From: Trichosphaerium sp. ATCC 40318
Lineage: Eukaryota; Protista; Tubulinea
Assembly: GCA_038496445.1 (NCBI GenBank)
Contig: JALMLS010000466.1
Span: 248,001 to 312,000 of the forward strand
Direction: 5' to 3'
DNA: 64,000 nt
Part shown: positions 1 to 12,499 of the stretch, one piece after another
How positions within the stretch are numbered: the stretch's first letter is position 1
Layout of the letters: every line of letters starts with the position of its first letter
Translations under genes and position numbers: made by a program
Notes under the pieces: generated by a model
Told to the model about the DNA's origin: nothing
Seen by the model: the letters and a program-made list of their open reading frames with translations, nothing else
Database searches by the model: none

Positions 1-3000
1 GTCGGCAGTGTTTAGTCTCTTCAAGATTACATCTGCCATCTTTACAAGGTTTTGTAATAGCTCAAAGCATCCACTTATCATAGACCACATTTGAGGGTAC
101 TCAGAAAATGTGTTGAGCAAGTTAAAGAGCTCATTGTAAAGCCCGTAATATCTAGACATATCAAGAATACTATCATTACGCAGCCAGCTCTTCATGCACG
201 TTGATAAGCAAGAAGCTTCAAGCATAGAGAGAACTTGTGGAGATAGTTCAGTGTCCCTAAAAAAGGCAATTAGAGTGGTGTTATAATAAAACAACAGGTG
301 ACGCTCACGCCGAATTCGGGGAGAAAAGCACGTACTTATTATTGGACTTAACAATAGCCGCAATGACTTGAAGCAATGTTGCTGTTTGTGCAGCTTGAGC
401 CTTTTGTTCTTTGACATAATTATCTGCACTCCAATCTACAATAGAACATCAGTAAGAGAGCCCCAAAAAGAAGAAAAAGAAAAAGAAAATTCAAACGAAC
501 AAAAACAATCAACGTACTTTGCGTTAAAGCATCATCAGCGCTTGTACCATAACCAGTACCCTTCGCCCAATGCTTACCATCAGAACCGGTGCCTTTATCA
601 GGCTTCTTGATGTCTTTAGCAGGCTTCTTACGCTTTTGGAACGGAGGAAGTGGATGTCCTGCTTTTCGTAAAGTTTCTGGATCAGCATGTGAGCAAGTTG
701 TCTGTACAGACAAGGTCTCTAGTAAGTATCCCAAGAAACCTGACTTTACTAATCCGACTTGAAGTTCATCAGACTTTGTTTTTTGCTTGAGACGTCTTTG
801 TAGTGGGTTAAGAAGAGTAGCAAAGTTGAATAGTTCAGAGCTCTTATCAGAAGGCTTTTGAAGTGTTGCAGCAAGAGCGTTAATGAAGCCTTCAGATTGT
901 AGTAGAGTATGTTGAAGTGTTTGTATATCAAATAAAAGATTCGCAGCAGTTAAGAAGTGTACTTGATTCTGTAACTGTGTAATCTTTGCTTCTGCTTTTT
1001 TATCTTTACTTGGATCTACTTGTTGTTCTGCTTCTAGCCTTGGCGTTATTGTGTCTATAAGGATCTTGAACATAAGTTTAATGCCACCCTAAGAAAGCCA
1101 GACATAAGACAAAAGAAGTACAAAAGTTTTAAGGTCCATACCTTTTCTACAAATGAAGACATGAGCTTCGAAACAATCTTGCCTAATGGCGGTCCGTTTG
1201 ATTTTGATTTCTCTGGTTTCGTTGTTGTAGGATGTAAGTATAAGTTTACTAATGGCGATTGATCTTCTGTAGGTGCTATAGATTCAATAGATGACATGTT
1301 ATCAAGTTCTTGTTCTTTTTGTGGATCAAAAGATAATGTAAAGTTCTCTGTTCCAACTGCACGTTGTATGCAAGATTGTATATGGTTCATAGTCATGAAT
1401 GAAGGGAATTTGAACACAGGTGCGGCTACTTGGTAACCAATAGCCTTAGACCAACCTATAAAAAATTATTAAACAAGCAACAACACAAAGAAAATAGTAT
1501 CCAGAAAAAGAAGAAAACTGTTATGTTTGTTATTTTTTCACTTACCAGAAAGTTGATAATCAGCCAAGTTATACGTTGTTGTCTTACTAGTATCCTTGTC
1601 ACTTGTGCCATGATTGAAACTATAATTAAAAGAAAATGATAAGTACAGGCTAAGAATAACAAAACTGTTAAAAGTAACAACTCCTAAAAGAGCTCCAAGA
1701 AGTGGAAGCACTAATGGCGTTTAGTTGGCATAGAACGTACCTAATACAATGTCCTGGATCTAACATAGATACAGCTGGATACAGTGTATTTCCTTGGAAA
1801 CCTTGAGACCTGAAAGCTACTTGAGGAGTAGATCCATTCACACCGAATGCAAGTGTATCATTTTCAAAGTCAATCTTAACTGTGACAATATCGCCTTGTT
1901 TAAGCTTATCACCATATGTCCTTGCAACACCATTATTATATACTTGTCCAGTACTAAAATAAGCCCATCCTCTAGAGCGTTTCGCTTTTTGTTGACCGAC
2001 AAACATTCCAGTGTTAGCGTTCTTCTCACAGACACCAATAGCCAAGCCAGATGGGTGTGGGCATTTTTCAATCTTAAGAGACCAGCTGTAGGCACCTAGG
2101 GATAGAATAAGTTAGCGTTGATGGAAAATATTTTTGAAAACTGTTTTAAGTTTCTAGTAGTAATTCATGTTCGATTGACACTACAATAATGCATGTGGAA
2201 ACGTTTAAAAACACTATAGTTCTTACTATGGCAATAGGTCCGCACGTGATTTTAAAACGCTGTAAAGTCTTTTTGGCAACCAAAAAAGAAGGAAAAGGAA
2301 GATGAAAACATACCTGAACTCAGAGGTTTATCGACAATAGCAGTTTGCCATCCATACCCTTTAGCACTTGTGCTAACTTCAGTACCATTTTCTGATAGTT
2401 TAAGGTACTTGCTCAAGTAGTTTTTAGTAAGGACTATAGCGACTTCTTGAACGACTGTTTCATTCGTTTCACTGGCGCCTTCTACAGATCCATACTCAAG
2501 GTAATGTCTTAGAGCAAATGCATATTCTCTTGGATGGAAAGCAACATAGATATGTGGCTGATAAGAGAACACAAGGTTGGTCAAAGAGATAACACAAGCC
2601 TTAATGCCAGCGTTCTTTTCATCATCACTATTATCTTGAATAGCAGATAGCAACGCAACTGTCTTGGTTGTAATACGTTCAACATTTTCAGGTATATCCC
2701 ATATAGAAGCTTCTAACAAGTCACTTGTAATTACATATCGAACTAGCAAGCGTAAGAACAAAAGTCAAGAAGAATCAACTCGTCAATAAAATAAACTTTT
2801 TCTTTGGATATAAACTTACCTTGTTCTGTTGTATCATTCTTCAAGCTCTTTGCAAGCAATGCCTCGAATAAGTTATCTCCAATCCACTTACGCATGTTTT
2901 TCTGGTAAGCAGCCAAGCTGAAGAATCTCATAGAAGCTTTGAGGCTATCACTTGTATCTATAAGTTTACGCATATCTGAAACACATGAATGATCAACAAG

Positions 3001-6000
3001 AGCTTTACATGTCATATCTGTAGCGTTAGACAAGACTGCAATAGCATCTTGGTATGCGACTTTTCCAGAGAAGTTTGTGAGGAGTTGTGACCAAATATTC
3101 TCTCCAGTGGTTCCAGACACTTGAAGGAATACAGAAATGAAGGATAAACCACCTAAAAGAAATTGTTAACAGTTGTGTATCGGAGTCATCAAAAAATCCG
3201 TACCTTGATGCTCAAGCGATCCAAAAGCACCTGCAGCACTCCACATGAATAAGTTATTTATCAATTCTGTTGTCCATTTAGATACAATAGAAGGTGATGA
3301 ATCACCACTCTTGTACTTCAAAAATAGAGCTTGAGAAAGCGCATTTAAGGTAGGTACAATACGAGGTGATAGTCCTTGTTTGCTGTCAGATACAATGCTT
3401 ATAACATGGTCGTTCAACTGTTCTAAGTCTCCTAGAGCGCCAAGCTTTCCTGCAAGAAGAGCGTGAGCTTCAGTATGCCCAGAAAGAGCCATAGCAAGTA
3501 CTCTAAAGTAAAAAAAGGGATTAGTAAAGCGACAACATTAGAGTGCTACAATTGTCTTACCTTGTATGCATTGAAGCATCAACTGTTACTATGCTATCCA
3601 ATATACGTGATACTGAAGGTAGAGTAATATGTGTAAGATTTTTGATGAGTTTACTAGCAAAAACATCAAGTTCAATAAGGTTCTTTGAAACAGCTTGTTT
3701 TATAACATCGTGGAAATTACAGATAGATGCCATAACAGAAATACAGTCCATATTTCTTATTTTAGGTGCGCTTGCATAATCCTTATCCAAAAAGTATTAG
3801 TAAAGTGGATATGAGAAAACATGGTTTTCAAGAGATTTTTCGAGCGTACATTGGCAAGTTCTTCAGGAATATCTTTTATGTTGTAACCCATGATTTGAAT
3901 GTTAGAAACCGAGATAATACCAGTGCCCTAAAGAGAGGTTTAAAAAGGAACAAAATAGTTCTAGGTCGTCAATAAATAAACTGGTTCTTTTTTTTCGACA
4001 ATCACATTTTACTTCTTGTTGTTTTGTTTGTCGTACCTTGAACGTGAAAGACATGTATCTGAATGAATCAATTTTATGCAGGTTTATCCTGAACGCATGT
4101 GTTGTCTTGCCTTGTGGATCAGAAGCAACAAATCGGTGTGAAACCAAAGGGAATAGTTTTCCTGCTGAAAACCCACCACAGAGCAACAACTCTTCAGGGT
4201 AAACTGCAGCGCCCTGACGTGCAACACATTCGATAACAATAGAACAAACAGTACGATCTCGAGGGAGCTGAATAAGAATACAAGGTGTCTCTTTTGAAGA
4301 ACTCTTGGTAAAGTTGAAACCCCAAGTATCAGCATATGTCGTTAAAGGATAAGCAGTGCTGAATAGCTTGCTTGCTTGAGACTTGCTAGGTGCACTAACA
4401 ACTCTTACATTCTTAGCTATGTTTATCTTTCTAACTTTTGTAATCTAAACACAATATCATGTTAGCTAAGGTCCAAACCATTGACTTAAACGTGCCTCTG
4501 TTGGTACAAAGAAAGGTGCTGTACGATTAGATTGGCTTTGTTCTAATTGTTTAGAAAGGAATCCAAGCATATCAAGCTCCAACGCAGCAACTGTAGCTGG
4601 GTGAGAAGATTCGAACAAATCCAATAGAAGAGGCTCCACTTTAGCGTTATAAAGTTTATAGCTATTAAACGCCATACGAAGTATGTCAATAGTAGCCTTT
4701 TTATCCTTCCCGAGTGCAGTAAGAATACCACGGACGCTTTTACTAATAAGAGAAATTTGTTCATCACTACTCTTGTTTTTAAGAGCCAAATAAGATGACA
4801 ACAGTTGTGTTACTAAATCAGATAAACTATCATCTCTGATGAGTTCACTGACAGCTTCAGATGTGATGTTTGGAAGAGTGAGATAGTGTAGAACAAGGTC
4901 AACCAGTAAAGCCAAGTTTGTAGCATCAACAGGTTGCTCCAAGTCTTTAAAGTTAGACAATAGAACACTTGATACACAAAGCAAAGACTTAACACTTGAA
5001 GCACGCTCTTTTGTTAAAGATGCTGGTAAAATACGAAGCTTCTTGACAAATTTGCCAATAAGTAGATTTGAAGAGAACCAAGTTGCGCCACCAGGTCTGC
5101 CTAGAGTAAAAAAAAGGTCAGTATAGCGAAAATGATGAGGTTTTTTTTGCTTTTCAAAACGTACTGCCGACACTGCATAGTATATCTATAGCTTGTACCA
5201 AATCATCTTCAGAAGAAGCCAATTTTCTCTTCACACATTGTACTGCATTAAGGAAGCCGTCCTCTAGAATAGACTGTGTGGACCTGTCTGCAATGAGAAG
5301 TCTTTTAATCATCTAAGAAAGTTGTGAGTTTTTTTGCCTGAGGCAAAGCGCTTCGCTATGAGCGTACTTTAAATATAGCTTTGACATCTGGTGTGGATGC
5401 CAATGGTAAGAATGATAGTAATAATCCAAAATTATTAATGGCAAGTGGCTTATGAGCAAGCTCATCATGTGTGAACGCCAAAGCACCAGCACAAGCATTA
5501 TTTATATATTTTGTGAGAGCGGCAGTATCAGCACTGCTTAATTGACCTTGGTCAACACACATGGACGTCAAACGAAGAAGGAAGGGTGGACTATCAAGTC
5601 GAGTAATACTAGTCAAAAGAGGTAGTACTATAGCTCTAAACGGAAACATAAGCTACAAGAACAATTTAAGTCAAGTAAATTGTACCTTAACCCTGCTAGA
5701 ATATCTTTTGTGATAGTCTTGCTGCTGCGGTTGTGATGGAAGATATTGTATACAGTAGTAAGGAACTGAGAAGCAACAAGAGAAGATGATGTAGCCAATT
5801 GAGTCAATACAGGGCCGAGATTCTCAGACTTCAAAACACATGATATGAAATCATTTCCATTGTATCCATTTTGTTTAAATAATGTATCAAGCAAAGACAA
5901 AGAAGGTCTCACGAGTTGAACATTATCATTTTTAAGAGCAGTATAGATAGACCTCATAACAGTACTGACTTGTTGTTCATTAACATCTCCTACTTTTGTG

Positions 6001-9000
6001 AAGCTCTCTGTAGATGGTTCCGGAGTTGAGCTTTGTTCCCTTTGTTCAAAAAGTCAGAGGAGAAAAAAAAAGAACTTGACTTACCCTTCGTCAGCTGGTG
6101 TATTACTTTTCTCTTTTGTGACATCTGGAATACTCTTAGAAAGAGGGTGAGACTCCCCTTCCCCACTTCCAGATAAAGAATCACTAAGATGCTCTACGTT
6201 ACTCTTAGATCCTTCAGACTCGCGATGTTTCTCATCGAGTATTCTGTTCACGAAGCGTAATAACCAATAACTGAGTTCAACATCTGTTCCAACAGCAGTA
6301 TCCAATAAGTTAAATATTTCAGGAACAACAGCATCTACAGCTTCAGGAGATCCTTTGTTTCCTTCAACCAATGAAAGAATCGCTTGGAATACTTGAACTT
6401 TAGGGAACAAGTCACTAACATTGTTGCCTCTTGACTTTTCAGAGAAAGTCTCAGAGATGAGGTTACAAGCAAGTCGAGCCTAATAGAATCGATTAATTAA
6501 CTTCAACAGTGGCCAACTGATATATATACGTACATGTTTACCAGCACCTAGTTCTTTGATAACTGTTGTAGCAGCCTTACGAAGCGATTGAGTCGAATAA
6601 AGACAAAACTGCTTGAATATAGCAACCAGCATCTCCTCTGAAGCAGGTTCAGGTTTAAGAGATTGATGACTAGCACTAACTGCATTTAAAAGAAGTGTAG
6701 CGCTCATAATTTGTCTTTCAACATGGCACTCAGAAGCATCCAAAGAATAAGCACTATCAAGTTTTCTCGTAGAATACTTAACGTATGCTTCTCTACAAGA
6801 TGATACAGCCTCTTTACATCAGATCTATAGCTAGAAATTGATTCACCACCAATTTGAGCTCTATCAATGAGTCTCAGAAGAGCTTCTCGTTTTTCTTCAA
6901 ATTCTAAAAAAAAAAGAATAAGAGGAAGGGTTGTTTTGGGTTACGGGCACTTACGTTTGAAGATATGTTGATCATAAGCTGGTTTACTATTATTTAATGC
7001 TTCATTGAACAATGAGGATGTCTCTAGTATAAGCTGATCTTCACCGACAAGAGATCTAATGACATTATAGTATGGAGATCTGTCATTAACAATTTGTTTT
7101 CCGATATCAAATAGACTCATGGAAATGCCATCAACAGCAGCTTTAGTATTAGCATCCCAACAGACTCTCAAAAGTGTAAAGAGCTCATGTAACCCTTAAA
7201 AAAAAAAGTGTCATTATTACCATAGAATACAAGCCAAGATGGATGCGAAGCAGAAAATAAAAAATCTATTTAAATTGATGTATTTCAGCGCTTTCAGCAA
7301 AATAGGGTACCTGAGATAGTTCTGCATCTCTTAATAGCAATAGAGATAGCATAAAGTACTGATTTTAAAACTTTCTCCTATTGGTTCTATGTGAGCAAAG
7401 CGAGAGATTGATTGTAAGGTACAAACCTTGAACTCTTGTAATTCTTTTGTTTCTGATCCAAATAAAGCCACAGCTGAAGTAATCATCCTGCATGTAGTAG
7501 CAGAACTTGCTACAGACATAGTATCGACAACATTAAGAGTTAGAAGCGCTTGTAAATCAATATCAGCAACCATCTTGACCTTTTCAGACGATTTGAGAAA
7601 AATCTCTTCAACAAGACCAACAGAAAGCCTTCTAACAAGATCACTGCGTTCTACGACATTACAATTAGATTATCACACCTAACATAATGTCTAGAGTACC
7701 TGGAGATACAGACGCTGTCAAGAGGGTCTCATAGAAATTTGGATCAGAATACAAAGCCATACGTCTTTGTCTAAGGTTATTTCCACTAGCATTCTCTAAC
7801 TGCTGCATGCGGATAGCAATTGTTTTTATATAATTCGGCTTTGTATCAAGACCATCTGCAGATTCCATTAAGGATCCGTATAATTCAATACCAGCTATAC
7901 ACCTAAACCACAATTAGGTTAATGATAAGAAGAGGAGCAAATGTAATGAACAGATTCTAACAACGTACAAATATGCTGCGCCTTGAGATTCGTTGCCCAT
8001 GCAATAATTTCCTTTCTGTAGTACTCTGAAGTATCTATAATATTCTGTACCTTCCTCTAAATGCATTGTCGCTGTATCAAATCCTTCTTTGAAAGGTGTC
8101 TTACCACCAGTATGAAGTACAGTCCATTCATTTAGATCATGACTGCCTTCAAAAACCCAGTTCTAAAAGCACAAACCTCGTTAACAAACTCTTTGTCTTT
8201 AACTAACTAGTACGTACTTGAATATAACTGTTTGCTGCCTTGTATCCATGTCGTAGTGTGTAATCTGTACATTGTAGTCTACGAGACTCGCCCAAGTCAA
8301 GAACAAACCAAGTAGGTATATCACCACCCCAGAAAGTATCAACAGGGTTAGCATATGATAAAATGCGATGTTTTCCAAGTTCGTGTTGTTTAAGAGGATG
8401 TGATAATGTTATATTAACAAGACCATCTTGTGCTGGGTTCACATAATCCTCACTAAATCCCTTAGAACCAATATAGTAAACAACACCTTTCTTATCAAAA
8501 TCACTCGAATAAGAAAAGTATTTTGGTTGTGTTCCAGTAACAACAACAGATGCTTCCTCTTTCCGTGGTTTACAAGTTAACACAAGTCTTAGTAGCTGTG
8601 ATTTCTTTGTAGAACTAGTGTTGATTGAAAAGGTAATATCATTAGCTGTACGCCCTCCATCATTACGTAATTCACTGTTTAGAGGATACTTCAAACCATC
8701 TTGTTCCCATTCTCCATTAGAATCATTCAAACGAAACACGGACAAGGTATACTCAGCTCCTATGTTCCATGCTACAGCAGAAGAAGTATTAGTAACAGAT
8801 ACGCATTGTGAGGAATTAAGGCGTACCCCTAGAACGTTGTAATGTAATACTAACAGTAATAGCATCAACGTGACTTGGTTTAGTTAATTCAAAGTCAATT
8901 GCATAGTCCTGTTTCTCTTCCCATAGTTCATGGTTCATTTCGAAACGTGCTACCTTTCCATTCTCCTGAGATCGTGATAGAAGATCAATAGGTGGGTATG

Positions 9001-12000
9001 CTGTTATTTCAAGGTTTTCAAAGAGAGCTGCTGTAACAGTAGTCAAGCTTTCCTCAGTCAACTCTCCGAATGATACTGTTTCTTCAGTTTCAGTCTCATC
9101 TTTCTTCTCAGGTAACTTTGGAGTAATACAATACTGATAAGAGAATCCCTGTTTATGGTCAGTTAGTGTTCTACCCAAAAAAATACATCCAAAAAAAACT
9201 TACAGCATCATCAATCAATGTCAATACATCTTCGGCATACTCTGCATCATACTTGGCTGATATTACGTTTATCTCCTTTCCTTCAAAAGGATCCAATGTA
9301 CTGATAACAGCCAGTGTACCTGTATGTGTTGTATTGAAGAACCAAATCTTTCCAGTTGACATAACAACACAAATAACACCACAAGCATTCTTAACAGATG
9401 CTGAATCACCTTCTGGAACATCTTCATCAACATTAATGTATAACACACGGCAAACTTTTGATCCTTCTTTGACAGCAAAAGACTGAGCCCTAGGATGCTC
9501 CATGAGACGATTACAAACAGTAGAAGGTACATTACGTACGAAATAAATGTTACACGGCAAGATTTTGGGTCAACAACAAAAGAAGCCAAAGAACGCTCGG
9601 AAGCTCCGTTTTCATGGACAGAAAACAACATCTCAATGTTTGAAGCATATGTATAATCAAGTAGAGGTCCTGGGTGCTTGTATTCGCACGTTTGCATCCA
9701 TTTAGGGTTTTTACCAATGAGGTAAAGAATCCAGTTTGTTGAATTTTCTAGTTGTCTTGGATACAATAATATAGCGGATTGCGTATTAAAGCTATCAAAA
9801 GAGGCATCTGCGCCACTACCACTATCTTTTGGTAATGTGGCAACTTGGTCTAGAGGTAGAGCAAGAACATTTCCTCCGTCTTGCACGCGTACAATAGCAG
9901 TATTGCCTTGTATATTCAAAATTATTGCTGAAGATCCTTTAGATGGTCCAGATAATACTCTAACACGCTCTTGACCTTTTGGTTTAAAAGGAACAATCTA
10001 TGATATCATAAGATACAAGCAACCTTCAAAAAGGAAATGAAAACAATGTTACCTGTTTAATAGGCACGTGGATAACCTCTTGTAAACCTAGTAAATCCAG
10101 TTAATATCCAATAAACATCAACTCGTTTTTACGTACCTTTGAGAAATACACTTATAATTTCATTTGATACAACATCAAATACCACTCCTTGGACGCCATC
10201 ATATGCGCCACCAGTGATGAACACCTCAATACCTTCTGTACACCTACCAACACATTAATAAGCTTGCTTATTGTCTTCCTCGCTATTGTACCATTCAATC
10301 CATTTACCCTTCTTCTTTTCTTCAGCTGGGGCTACTGTACCGGTATATCTTATTAGAGATGGCCCAACATACGTTTTCGGATCAATTTGAGTCCCATCGC
10401 CATTATTTTCTGGTTGTTTTGTTAAAACTTTACCATTTACTGGATCAAACGCATATAAGCGCTTAAATCCCAGCTGGGTTTCCAAAATAACCTAAAATGC
10501 ATTAGAATACAGCGTATTAAACATTTAGCGCACCATCGAGCCGTTCACCAAAGTACAACACGTGAGTGAACCACCTTTAAAAAAACCTTAAAAACGCGAA
10601 TAACTGATGTAACAACAAAAATGACATACCTGGTAGAGAACACATGTGAGCTACTGGGCTTCCCAACTCTTCACAAGCTGAATATAGAGATGCAGCAATT
10701 GGTACATTACCACTCTTCTTACCAGTGACAAAAGGGCTCTTTGGACTGCGCTCGCAGTGTAAATCGAATGGAGTTTTTTTAATTGAAGCCCATCCTGAAA
10801 CAGCAATAGTGCTACCATAAGTTGAACAACTATCTAATCCTTTCACTTTGTTTCCAGGTAATAACTTGACATTGGGGTTATGATAAAATCCAGCTTTAGC
10901 GAGCTCGCTCGGATATGGCAAATTGTCCTCTTGTTGCCAAAGATAAAACGATTTCAACTAAAAAGAAAAACAGGCATCAGCAATCTTATCATCACTCATG
11001 TGCTCTTACTCTATTGTACTCAGATGCCATCTCTTCAATGACACCATCTTTTAAAGTATCTAGAAACTCAGTGAGATGAGGTAATATACGGCGTATAGAG
11101 GACAAGGATAAAACATTAATATAAACAGAATTCATTTCAAGTAAATTCTGTTGGCTAGAACGTGAACGTACGTGAATCCCCAAACCTTTTACCAGCTTTA
11201 GAAAGCTGCTCGTATATTATAGACGCAGGAAGGAACGCATTTGTGTCTTTAAGGTGTGAAACAATCTGCCCAGCTACTAGTTTAAGAGCAATGTAGTCAC
11301 ATTCGATGCCAACACGGCCGTACTTCAAAGAATGTTAGTGAAACAATAGAAAACTACTCCAATTCGGTTTTTACGCTCATTATTCCGCGTTGATAAAAAA
11401 ACGTACTGCTATGCGTTTATTTGACTTTCTTTTCTGTATTGATTGGATTTGATCATCCAATTGCGTAAGTAAAGGTGATATGCTTTCAATGATACCATCT
11501 ACAATTAAAATGACGAATAAGCAAGTGAATTTTTTCCTTGTTTTCAATAAAAAATGACTAACCTATTCCATCGACCTTTTTCTCATCCTTGCTTGCTTTT
11601 ATTATCTTCCTTATACTGCTGAGCAATTGTACAGCCTAGTACAAAAGTTAAAAATACGAGACAGTGAATACGGAGCACAAAGTACGTGAGAGTAAGCTAA
11701 TTCTATGCGAATAGGGCTATCGCTATTCTTTGGTCTAGCTGAGGGGTCTAAAGTACCCAAAGAGAAAGACCCTACATTAATTTAGACAAGTGCTGTTGTA
11801 TACATATATTTTGTTGAACAGTGTCATATGAGCATATACCTTCTGGTGCAATACGTGCAAGACTCCATAATTGCTTATCACGAGATACTGTAAACGTTTT
11901 AGATAATGTAAAACGGTTGCGACGTCAGTTAAACGCCAAAACGCGTACCTAGCATTCTAGACGCTGAAATCTTGTGAATAAGAAAGCCACTGCCTAGCAC

Positions 12001-12246
12001 GAATTGAGTAAAACAAGCACGAAACTCTACAATGGTTTACTAAGACGCACTGGCATCTTGCGATGTAAATGAGTCCAATTGTTGGCCAGACACAAGATCC
12101 AGCACTAGAACAGACTGAGCATTACTGTCGCCTGTTTGGGTAGTAGAAACTACTATTTGCTTGTCTATTTGTTGTATGCTAGCATCGCTGGCAACCTTAG
12201 CTTCAAATTGAAGTTTAAGAGGTGACCGCAATGGTACCACGAACAT
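1..12246 (-). CDS. BIRC6: Giant BIRC6/BRUCE-like protein (N-terminal BIR, propeller-like region, discoidin/F5-8C-like module, helical repeats, SPRY); multi-exon; 3' end and expected UBC domain lie beyond the window start
   Basis: BIR-like exon 10630-10957 (ELAKAGFYHNP...GW...PFDLHCERSPKSPFV) followed by BIRC6-like GNVPIA. HWAKGTGYGTS near 540-575 matches the motif that precedes the BIRC6 UBC domain. SPRY at 1740-2400 (GWAYFSTG...LYPAVSM). F5/8C-like module at 7870-8520 (SDFDKKGVVYYIGS, WFVLDLG, YTLRHG). GT-AG introns link the ORF fragments checked. Confidence 0.8.
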
Positions 12247-12499
12247 TATAAACAAACAACCGTAATGCTAAAAGGAGGTACAACAATTACAAAAAACACT
12301 GTTTGAATGTTGCCTAAATTGCTCTTTGCAAAAATACGTCAGCGTTGACTTATATTTTTATTCATCAGGCTCTCGCACACTTGCCTATTAAAACCAGCGT
12401 AACCAAACAGTGGTTCGCATTTTGTACAATCGAATTGGCTGCCTTTAATGGCACTAGCACCATAACCTCCTAAACGCAATTTACCAACGGTAGCGCTCA

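Noticed and set aside
7650-8850. Apparent ultra-short (22-28 nt) introns in the BIRC6-like gene
   Set aside because: Alternative GTAC donors give ordinary introns of about 50 nt in the correct phase.
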